Shown one piece after another: positions 31,340 through 42,022 of a stretch of 42,022 bases of DNA. The stretch covers positions 1 through 42,022 of the forward strand of contig JBHGNT010000271.1 of NCBI GenBank assembly GCA_043228905.1, given 5' to 3'. The translations under genes and the position numbers were made by a program. Numbering within the stretch: the first letter of the stretch is position 1; each line of letters starts with the position of its first letter. Under the pieces are notes generated by a model that saw nothing but the letters and a program-made list of their open reading frames with translations, had not been told where the DNA came from and did not search any database. Source of the DNA: Azolla caroliniana (Eukaryota; Plantae; Polypodiophyta).

Positions 31340-34030
31340 TAATGTCCCTTTTTAGGGGTTGGCGCATCTGCCACCGTAGTTGTGAACAAGCCAATTGCTT
31401 CCATCAGCCTGCCTACCGCAACCAGCTCAGTTGCCATGACCAGTCTTGCATCACTTTGATCTTCATCGATACAATTGTGAATCAGGAGCAGTTGCTGCGT
31501 CATCGCAAACATTCTAAGCAAGGCTCCCGTGCAGCTAACCCGAACATCCCACCTATTTCGCACAATGTCGTAGAGCTTTTGTTGTCGGACTAGGATCGAA
31601 CACAGATCATAAGAGAGATTCAACGTCTAAAGATTAGGACTGTCATTACGTATGTTTTGGGCATTCGTCCTAGGCGTGATGATCTTCGTTTATTGTTGCA
31701 AACCGCTTTGAAACAAGATGTTGACAACATTACGAATATATAGATGATTGGTCGAAATTAGTATCAGGTGGAGTTCGAGATGGAATGCATGATACTGATC
31801 TTATTAGAGAAGAAAGCAGTGGTAATCAAGAGACAAATAAGGTACTTCATGATTTAGATCTATATCATACATGTGTGGTGGTGTTTCCTAATTTGCGTAA
31901 AGAATGGGTGCCTTTTGTGCATCTGATTGATGGCATTATTGGTACATTTTGGAAACTTACAATAAGCCCCCTTAAATCGAAGATAAGTATATGGGTGCTG
32001 CATATGCATAACTTTTGATTTCTAAGTCCGCAATTCTACCCTCAAATATCTTGTTGCCCAATCTACTTGACCCAAGGCAAGCATCTTATTCTCAGAAAAT
32101 CTTGTATAGGGGCTTGCTGAATCAATGTTTTTGTTGTTTTGGATTTGGCCATTTGGCAAAAAATTGCCTAAAACTTACTAAAGATAATGACAAGCATATA
32201 CCTAACATGACTATAATAGTTCCATATCAGGATAGATCTTATGGTTGGATTGAGGTGGGGCATAAGAAGACATCTTCACATGCATCTCCTAACAAGCCTC
32301 AACATGTGACAATTAATACTCTGAAGGAATTTCCTCCCTTACAAAATAGGTATACTGCTCTCCATGTAGAAGAGGATTGTTCACACAAGTTGAATACTTT
32401 GGATCAATCATCATCCTACCTTCCTCAATAGAGACTCAATTCAGGTTCTTCCTCACAAAAGACAAACCTGTATTCTACTCAGTTGCCTAAGTCCTTTCCG
32501 AATTTGGTAGTAGGCCAGCCACCCTTGAAAATTGTTGAGAATTAGTAGTTGATCGCGTCTGTTAATTTGGCTTCTCTTGATAAATTAAAAGGAAAGGTTG
32601 CTTCTACTCAACAAGATACTACGGATGTGGAAATGCCTCAAAGTGTTAATATGGGAATTGATGCAAATCAGCAGTTTAATGTCTTTGGTAAATTGCTTCC
32701 TTTCGATTATTTCTGGTCAACCAGATATTATGGGTGTTGAAATGGCTAAGGGTGTAGATAAACTCCCTAGTGTTGGATTTCAATTCACAGTTTCACAAGA
32801 TCCTTTGACTACTCAAAGCTCCCCAAAGCTCGTTAAGGAACATAGGGTGCATAAGTATGTAGGGAAGGATTTGCTTTTAAAGAGACAAGCGAGAGCTCTG
32901 GAGGATGCCTAGAAAGGCCGTCAGGATGCTCTTCTTGAGAAAAAGACATCACTAAAACCTATGTAATATGGACACCTTACATCTTCTTTCCTGGAATGTG
33001 CAAGGCCTAGGTATTTAGGCTTTTCGCAGATTTAAAGTACTCTTACGCTCAGATTTAGGTACTTCTAATGTTGGTATTATTCATATTTGTTTTCTACAAG
33101 AGCATCACTTGTGCATGGATAGGATTCGGAAGTATGGCCCCATTTTACCAAGAAGGTGGATTCATTTCTGGGTTCTTGCCTTTGGCGCTAATGGCAGCCA
33201 GGCTGGATTATGCATTGCTCTTAGACAACATTGGCAATTTATTATCATGTCAACAAGTACTATTATGAATAAACAAGCACAGTTCATTATTGTAAAAATA
33301 GGATCCCAGAAGGTTGGCCTCTTGAATCTCTATGCCCCTAATTCTACGTCTGAGAGGGCAGGTTTATGGCTGTCTCTTTCTGATTATGTGTGTTTAGCGG
33401 ATTGTTGGTTGGTGGGAGGAGATTTTAATATGATTGAGGATGTTGTCGATAAAGTGGGAGGTACAACTACTACAATTTTAGGATGGGAACCTTAAAGTGT
33501 TGGGACTCTTTCTGTTTTACCTTTGGTTTGCTTGATTTATGGAAGGTGCTTTCCTTTTCACGTAGACAAGGATCCCTTTAGTTTTCTAAATCATATGGGA
33601 GTGTGGTTGTTGCAAATTTGTTTCGACTAGATAGATTTTATGTTAGTAGCTTTTCTTGGGGATGGGGGTGGATACCTAGGAATTATTCCAGAATCCTCTA
33701 TCTCTGACCATGACCCTCTGAAGTTAAATGTTACATATACTAAGAGGTGATATTCTAAGCAGATCCGTATTCCTCCTTCATTGCTATCTGACGATAGTCA
33801 TCGGATGTCAATCACTCAAATATAATTGAATTACAACTTCTCGGATGACTGTCTGCTTAATAATATGGTTCATGCCATACTTAATACAAGATTCTCTTCA
33901 CAAAATTAGTTTCAACATTAGTTTATCGTTGCAATTCAGAAATTGCCAACCTGCGTCATGCTCTTGCAACACTGCAAGAATGGTTGGAAAGATATCCAAC
34001 TTCACCCATCCCAGTACTGCTCTGGCTTGA
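31340..34030 (+). mobile_element. L1-clade LINE 5' portion (ORF1 and endonuclease), 3'-truncated
   Basis: ORF1 zinc knuckle CFCCFGFGHLAKNC; ORF2 starts near 32968 with MDTLHLLSWNVQGL, then NLYAPN, GGDFN, RLDRFY and SDHDP. Boundaries approximate. Confidence 0.85.
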
Positions 34031-34317
34031 GCACACTTAACTAGCAATGCTCAAAGCATCCAAACAACCACAAAACTCATGGCTTGAGTTGCCAAGGTGG
34101 TAGGGTTTCACATCGTTTCCTTCCGACGAACATGGAGTGCGGGTCCACCCCTCTTAATACTCCCTTTCTCTCTCCACCCCTCTTAATACCCTCTTTTTTC
34201 CTCCCTCACACCCCCTAGCTTTTTATAATCACTAAAATATCCTTCCCCCTACTTCCATAATCATTCTTGAAAACCTTACCACCACCACTACCCATGATTC
34301 CACTAACTCCCATTAAA

Positions 34318-34319
<2 letters not shown>

Positions 34320-34358
<39 letters not shown>
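34320..34358. repeat. (CT)n microsatellite
   Basis: About 19 CT units. Confidence 0.95.
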
Positions 34359-34361
<3 letters not shown>

Positions 34362-34645
34362 CTCTCCTTATATAAACTATCCTACACCCCACATGGTCAT
34401 TTAGCACTAATGAGCCCCCTTAGGGGTGAAACTAGTTTGCACTTGAACATACCAATCCCCATGTAGTTCTTCTAATCTTAATGATAATTAGACTTATTTT
34501 TAATCTCTCTCTCTCTCTCATAACATGCTAGTAGTATGTAGTTGTTTTTAATTAATAATTAAATTTAACTAAGCCTCTCTCCCTCCCTCTTTCTTTCTCA
34601 CCATGTCTTTAGGTTTGTAGGTATATTTAGGTTTTAATTAAAAGT

Positions 34646-37582
34646 TTGATGCCACGTATCTCAAGGATGCAAGAGGATATGCAAATGTATAGCCGCTCTT
34701 CTTGCGATGAAAAAGATCTGGACCAATTTGGGAAGTTACTCCTACAAATGTGCAATAGTACCGGATTGCTTATTGCAAATGGTATTTCATTATGCCCCAA
34801 CACTAATGCTTTTACATATAGAAAACATAACGGAAATAGTGTGATTGTCTATGTGATACTTTCCGAAGGTATTTTGGATCATATACATAAATTCTCACTT
34901 GGTGAATGGACACCAAAATCCGATCATAGACCTTTATGTATTGATCTCAAATGTATGCATAGGTTTGATTTTCAGAAGGCTATTGAAGATAATAAACAAC
35001 CGCACTTGAGCATGAACCTTAAACGAGCGCCCATGTATTCCAAGATGGTTGAGGATATGTTACAAATGACAAAGATACAACATGGTGCCACACTAGAATG
35101 CAAATGGGAAGCTTTCAAGAAAGTCATTCTCTCTTGTACAAACAAATGTTTTTCGACCGACTGCACATCTTGGAAATGCACCAAGAAACTTAGGAAAAAC
35201 TGGTTTGATAAAGAATGTCGTGAAGCTCGAAAGTGCCTTATGGTTTTGAATGTAGTTAAGGATAAAGAGAATTACCAAAAGCATTTGCATGAGTATAAAA
35301 GGCTTATTCAAAGAAAGAGAAGAATATGGGAAGTTACTCAACAATTTATCCAAACGCAAGAGAAAGCACATGCATGTGCCAAATTTTGGGGAAATCTAAA
35401 GGGGAAATGTGTTGAGAGTTATGGTGACTTAACTCTTCACGACTTGTCTATGCATTGTAAGAATTTATATGAGTTATCTCTTGCCGGAAAGATGATTTGT
35501 TATGGTTCTCTTTCACATATGTCTCCCATCTTTACAATTGAAGATATATGCATAGGACTTAAGAAATTGGCCTCTCGAAAGGCGAGCGATCTTCAATGTA
35601 TAAAGGCTGAAATGCTCAAATGGACGGGAAAAGAAGCACATGTATGGATAAGCGATATGTTTAATGATGCATTGCAACATGGTATGCCGTACGATTGGAC
35701 TACAAATTGGATCAAACCATTACATAAAGGTGGAGATGTAAATAATGTAAACAACTATCAAACCATCATGATTGGCTCAATAATGGCAAAATTATTTGGA
35801 TGTATAATGGAATCAAAGATAAGTGTATGGGTTGAAAAAAATGGTAAGAGAGCTTATGGACAAGTTGGCTTTCGAAAACACCATAGCACCATTGATCACC
35901 TTGTCACCCTTCGAGTATTAATGGAGGAAAGTCGCCTTAGAGGTAAAGGTTTATATTGTTGCTTTGTAGACTTCAAGAAAGCTTTCTATATGGTACCTCG
36001 TGAGCATCTTTGGAGACAAATGGAAGAACTTGAGGTGCCAAGTGAATATATATGCTTGCAATTTCCCAAATTTATGAGAAGGTTATATGTTGTGTGTGCA
36101 TGAGAGATAAACTTTTAGATTTTTTCAAAAGAATTATTGGTGTTAAGCAAGGATTCCCACTCTCACCAACACTATTTGGTCTATGCATTGATGAATTGGA
36201 AGAAATGGTTACCAAGTTTGCAAAGGAAGAATGTGTTGAAGAAGTTGCCATTGGGAATGTTGTGATTATGCTTTTGCTATATGCAGATGATTTAATGCTT
36301 TTTGTAAATAATTTAGGAGATGCACAATAGCTTATGAAGGCATTGGAAAAAATTTGCATGCATACTAAATTAAGTGTCAATAGCTCTAAAACAAAGATTA
36401 TGCTTGTGAAGATCCAAAAAAGAGATAAACCATGCATTATGTACAACAATGAGCCACTTGAATGTGTGGAAAGCTTCAAATATCTTAAAGTTTGAAGTTC
36501 CTTCAAATCATAGAGGGAATGATTGTGCTACACGTCACTTAGAGGCGGGTAAACAAGCATACTATGCATTTGAGAACACATGAAATCTTGGAGATATTAA
36601 GTGTTGGGTCCTCAAGAAATATCTTTTCAACACTTTGGTGACACCAGTTCTTCTCTATGGGGTGGAAGTATGGGGTGGTAGCATCCTTAAATCTATGTGG
36701 AAAGAGTTTGAAAATGTCCAAAAACATTTTCTTACTAAGTTTCTACAAGTGAAGAAACAAACGCCCTACACCCTCCTCCTCCTTGAGACGGGATCGCTTC
36801 CCATTGAGATCATGGCCATGGAAAGGGTTGTTGAATACATGCTTAAGGTTCAAAAAAGTCCCTCACATCGACTTCCTAGAATAGCATGGGAAGCAAGCAA
36901 AAAGATCCAAAAGAAGCATAAAAGCAAAATTTTGTGTTCCAATTGGATGCAAGATATAGTAAAATGGTTTGGTAGATGGGATGCGAGACACTTGCTTCAT
37001 GATGCATCATTAGATTCCTCTGTAAATGAGGCCTTTTTGCAATGCCAATGTATCATGACATGGGACAAATGTGGAGGCTCATGCTTCATACATTACACTA
37101 CACATGTTGCACCTAACTACAAAACCATATTCTTTGTGGAACGGGGAAATTGTACACATCGATACATGTCAGAGCCCATACCATTATCTGCCATTTGAAC
37201 CATTGCTTCCATGCGACTTAGCTCACATGCATTGCGATGTGAGACATCACGTTGGGGGACAAGTGATGAGAGTGGTTGGCTATGCACACTTTGCCCTAAA
37301 CAAGTTCGTGAGTCTGAGTATCACACTTTGATACAATGCCTCTGCCTTTGGTCATATTTGACCATGCTTTCCACACCGAGCCCAATCCTTGCATGAATTC
37401 CTCTCACAACCACAATGTGTGGGCAATGTGCACTCTCGATTGCAACATTCATTGGTAAAGTTCTTGAACATCGAGAGTCACTACTCACTTTCACACGTAT
37501 CAGGTGAAATGTAATTTTTTTGGCCTCATTGGTCATATTTGACCTCTGAAGACGATAATATAATCTCTCTCTCTCTCTCTCT
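34646..37582 (+). mobile_element. RTE-like LINE, 5'-truncated and decayed, with (CT)n tail
   Basis: EN C-terminus SDHRPL; RT motifs PLHKGGD, QVGFRK, CFVDFKKAF, GVKQGFPLSPTLF, LLYADD; PVLLYGVEVWG; C-terminal LRCETSRW..CTLC..ESEYH; short 3' UTR then (TC)n. Confidence 0.88.
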
Positions 37583-38417
37583 TGGCAAGATGACACGTCG
37601 TAAAAGACGAGCCTGGGAAGCATCTCCACACATGCTCATGAGTAGGGCCTGCGCCCTTGCATGGAAGAGACTATGGGAATCGAGACCACAAACATGCATC
37701 GAGGATCTGGACACACCACCCATCCCCATGCCTTCCACAACTCGACCTACCATGGGGACACTTTTCACGATCTCTAGGGTCACAAAGGTCATAAAAAAAC
37801 TACAACATAGGAAATCCATGGACCACATAGGTTTACGAGCTGAGCACATCATATATGCTCAAGAGTCCCTAGCCCCTTTTCTCACACTAATCTTTAACCG
37901 CGCCCTCGCCGAGGGTTTTCCACCACAATGGACCATGAACACAGTGGCCCCTATACATAAAGGAGGGGACCCAATGGACCCAAATACAGATAAGACCATT
38001 GTAATAGGTCATATGCTTGCTAAACTACATGGTAGAATAATGGAAGTAGAGTTCAGCGATTGTAAGGAAACCTTAAGTCTTCGAGCACCTGAGTAGGCTG
38101 GTTTTAGACGAGCCTTCTCCACTATTAACCATATCTTCACACTTAGATGCTTAATTGACCAGACAAAGGCTCACAAGAAGAAACTATATTGTTGCTTCGT
38201 GGACTTCCGCAAAGCCTTTGACACAGTTCCTAGGGAGCGGTTGTTTGATAGGCTCAAAACCTTGGAGATACCAATTGACATGATCTGGGCCATCAATGCT
38301 CTATATGAGCAAGTCTCTAGGTGCGTAAGATGCCCAGGTGGCCTATCCAATTGCTTCACCAACACCATTAATGTAAAACAAGGTTGCCCCCTATGACTAA
38401 CTCTTTTTGGGATCTAT
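37583..38417 (+). mobile_element. Second RTE-like LINE fragment (RT N-terminal half)
   Basis: PIHKGGDPMDPN, AGFRR..ST, CFVDFRKAFDTVPR, VKQGCPL; cut off just before element D. Confidence 0.85.
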
Positions 38418-38443
38418 CAAGATTCGAACTCTTGACACGACCA

Positions 38444-38763
38444 TGTTATAATCTAGTATCATGGGTTAACCAATATATCTAGTACATAGTTATCTATGTA
38501 ATTGGTCCTTATTGTTTTGCTAGCATCATGTGCGTAGTTGCTCCCTTGTAGTATTTACACTTGGCACATGCATGCATACCTACATGCTCTATTGTAGATT
38601 CACATGTGTGCAACAAGTATGCATGCCATGTAGTATAAATAGAGGAGTTCACCTTGAAGGAATTCAAGGTGAACAACACTAGTTATGGAGTCTTTCCGTT
38701 AATACTACTCATCCATTGTCTATCTTCTTTCTTGTCTCTTGAGCTTATGATCTATCCGTGACA
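38444..38763 (+). repeat. Element D putative 5' LTR
   Basis: TGTTATA..CGTGACA (decayed inverted termini); TATAAATA at 38634; gag ATG near 38814. The partner LTR is outside the window. Confidence 0.7.
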
Positions 38764-38813
38764 GTTTGTTCACCTTCCCATCCTCATAGCTCTCCCTTTC
38801 ATAAGCCATAGCT

Positions 38814-39838
38814 ATGTCCGACACAACTAGTGAGTTAGGCCAAATAATGGTAGCGTTACGACAACTCCAGCTTGAAAATGAAGCTCTTCGAAATTCTTTA
38901 CAAGAACTTCAAGTCGGTGCCTCCCTATCCTCACAACCCCCGAAGCCTAGTCTCCCATAGCAACCTAGCCTAGAGCCCGATCTTCTACCAACATCTAGCC
39001 TAGGTTTGCCGCATTTTCTTGAGCCTAAGATTAGCCTCCCAGAAAAATTTGATGGAACAAGGTCGCGTTTCCGAGGGTTCATCAACCAAGTTTGACTTAT
39101 CATTCGGCTACAACCTCAACGTTATGGAGATGGTCTTCGACAAGTCGGCCTTGTGGGCACCCTTCTCTCCGGTCCGGCCCAAGCTTGGTTTGTACCATTG
39201 GTAGAAACCTCATCACCTCTATTGGAGGACTTTCCCGCCTTCCTCGCCAAGTTAGAGGCCACATTTGGAGAGACGGACCGACAACGTACAACTCTTAACA
39301 AGATTTATGCACTCAAACAAGGTTCGTGTGTAGCTTCGGTCTATGTTTTAGAATTTTGACAACTAGCATGCGACGTCAATTGGGATGATCAAGCTTTAGC
39401 TGATCACTTTCAGCGCGGACTTCGAAGCAATGTCAAGAATCTTCTCTTAAACTTTCCGGAGCCCACCTCGTTATCCCAAGTGATTTCACAAGCAGTCCAT
39501 TGTGACAATCGTCTTTTCGGGAAGAGCGTCGAACTTGGGTTCCACCTCATTCACTTCCACGACACGCCCCGGTCATACAACCATAGCTATCCCTCCCACC
39601 GACTGCATCACAGTCCCCCACTTTGGCAGATGCTCCTGTCCCCATGGAAATTGATCAAGCCCGATTTCGGCCATTGACTAATGCCGAACGACAATTTCAG
39701 TGGGCTAATGGCCTGTGCATGTATTGTGGCGCCTCCGGTCATGTCGTTCGCCATTGTCCTACTAGGAGTAATCGCCCACAATTCCATCGAGCTAACGGAT
39801 CCCAACATCCGGAAAACGACATCGTTCGGTTGCAGTAG
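38814..39838 (+). pseudogene. Element D gag
   Basis: MSDTTSELGQIM.., capsid motifs, VPMEID and CCHC knuckle; several stops. Confidence 0.85.
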
Positions 39839-42022
39839 GAGCCATGCAACTGGACATCTCCCCTCGCCCACATTCTCTTGGTTCCATTGCCGGACCATCA
39901 GGCAATTTCACATTGGAGGTATGGCTTTCATTTAACTCTAGTTCCATTCAGTCTGTTGGTTTACTTGATTCTGGGGCATCTTCTTGCTTCATCGACATCG
40001 CGTTTGCCCAAGCACATGGCATACCTGTCGTTGGCCTCTCAAAACCCATTCTCGTTGAAGCCATCGACGGGTGCGTCCTCTTGTCAAGTGCAATTACTCA
40101 AGCTACAATCCCATTAGGGCTTTGTGTGGGATCACACCAGGAGGAGCTCGCCTTTTACCTCATCGCATCTCCTCGACATCCGATCGTCTTAGGACTAACG
40201 TGGTTGGAGGCGCACAATCCAATAGTGCGTTGGTGCAACCACTCGATCACATTTAGCAAGCCAAGATGCTCGTGCAAAAGTATGAAGGTAAATTCAGTTT
40301 CCCATCCTTCGGAGAAGGTCGATTCCGATTTGACTACCCCATCATCGGTCCAAGATGGGTTTGTTTGTGGCGCCGTTTCTAACACACTCCATGTTATTCC
40401 TGACAAATACCAACACTTCTCCGACGTATTTGAAAAATGTAATGCTGATCGTTTGCCTGAACACCGGCTCTACGACTGTTCGATTGATCTTCAAGAAGGT
40501 GCATGTCCACCCTTTGGTCCTCTATATGCATTGTCTACACCAGAGTTGAAGGCCCTTTGTGTGTATCTCGATGAGAACCTCGAGAAAGGATTTATTCAAC
40601 CTTCTAAGTCACCAGCTGGGGCCCCCATTTTATTTGTGAAGAAGAAGGACGGCTCTCTACCCTTATGCGTTGACTACCGAGGTCTCAACAAACTCACTGT
40701 GCGCAACCGCTATCCGCTACCTCTGATCCCGAACTCCTTGATCGGCTCCGAGTTGCGCGTGCCTTCTCCAAAGTTAATTTGCGTGGAGCGTACAATCTAG
40801 TATGCATCAAGCTGGGGGATGAATGGAAAACCGCATTTCGAACACGGTATGGGCATTTCGAATACAAGGTAATGCCTTTTGGTCTTACTAACGCTCCAAC
40901 AGTTTTTCAACATATGATGAACGATATATTCCGGGAATATCTTGATCATTTTGTTTTCATTTACCTCGATGATATTTTCATTTTCTCGCCAAACATGGAG
41001 GAGCACACTTTCCAAGTCCGATTAGTTCTTGCCAAACTTCGCGAACATGGCCTTTATGCCAAAGGCGAGAAATGCAAGTTCGACCGTACCTCGATCGAAT
41101 TTCTGGCCTACATCATCTCGCCCACTGGCATCACCATGGATATGAAGAAGGTCTCTGTCATTTAGGCGTGGGCAACTCCAAGGCGACTTAAAGATGTGCA
41201 ATCCTTCCTCGGCTTCGGGAATTTTTATCGTCGCTTCATCAAGGGGTTTTCCACCCTAGCACAACCTCTTATCACTCTCACCCGTAAAGGCACTCCATTT
41301 TTATGGACCTTGGAGGTGCAAAATGCGTTCGACTCACTCAAACACGCATTTATCATTGCCCTAGTACTGCTACATGTCGACCCCACAAAACCCTTCCAAG
41401 TCGAAACTGATGCCTCTGACTTCGCCATTGGCGCCATCTTATCCCAGGTAGACGACACCAACCTAATGCACCCAGTGGCTTACTACTCTTGGAAATTCAC
41501 ACCATCCGAAATCAATTATCCCATATACGACAAGGAGCTTGTTGCTATCATTGCTGCCTTTGAAGAATGGCGACCCCACTTGGCCGGCGCATAACATCGT
41601 GTCTAGGTAGTGACTGATCATAAAAATTTAGTTTATTTTTCCACCACTCGTACTTTGAATCGAAGGCAGGCCCGTTGGTCGACATTTCTCGCCGACTACA
41701 ATTTTGAGATCATATTTTGACTTGGTGACCAACATGGGAAGGCTGATGCCCTTTCTCGCCAAGCTGACCTTGCACTCTGCCCTGGGGATGCTGCTTATGC
41801 TCAACAATCTAGACGTTTGTTGAAACCCGACCAATTACATCTTTTTGCCACTTGTATGTTGCAGGATGATTCATTACTCCAACAGATCATTGATGCATCC
41901 AAGGCCGATGCACTCGCCAACGAGATTCGAGATAGTCTGCAAAACCCTTCCAAGGCGACCAAAAGGAAGGATCATGACACCTTCACCATACAAGAGGGTT
42001 TGCTGTTCCGAGATCATCTCTT
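39814..42022 (+). pseudogene. Element D pol (PR-RT-RH), in the -1 frame relative to gag
   Basis: ORFs 39844..40800, 40779..41165 and 41196..41594 carry PR, RT and RH motifs. Confidence 0.9.

Larger units (their letters stand above)
38444..42022 (+). mobile_element. Element D: Ty3/Gypsy chromovirus-type (Tf1/sushi/Tcn1-like) retrotransposon, truncated by the window edge
   Basis: LTR 38444-38763; gag EPKISLPEKFDGTRSRFRGF and CMYCGASGHVVRHC; PR LLDSGAS; [19 protein letters not shown] and YLDD; RH VETDASDFAIGAIL. Confidence 0.9.

Noticed and set aside
38419-38443. B-box-like GAGTTCGAATC on the minus strand before element D
   Set aside because: Too short, with no A-box in the window; it may be interrupted by D.

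Overview
Eukaryotic plant DNA, probably from a non-seed land plant (inferred from the retroelement types). One intact host gene is present: an intronless LRR receptor ectodomain (signal peptide, LRRNT, about 22 LRRs, island domain, 4 LRRs) on the minus strand at 2250->1, running off the left edge and so absent from the ORF track. The rest is a stack of transposable elements: a tRNA-like SINE candidate, a hAT-type MITE with a perfect 8-bp TSD, L1 and RTE LINE remnants and four Ty3/Gypsy-type LTR elements. Element A (14590-31032, minus, 140-bp LTRs, tRNA-Ala-like PBS) hosts two nested insertions. Element B (17065-21820, minus) lacks recognisable pol, has two tandem Gag capsid domains with acidic repeat arrays, and has a tRNA-like A/B-box module in its LTRs. 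Element C (23146-30204, plus) is a complete but decayed element with a tRNA-Trp PBS. B and C share PBS, PPT, Gag family and a 4-bp ACGC target site, suggesting a parasite/helper pair. Element D (38444 to the end) appears to be self-priming (Tf1 type). A, C and D each carry a candidate -1 ribosomal frameshift signal; in C it lies unusually between protease and RT. All translations and alignments were done by eye, and boundaries without TSD support are approximate.
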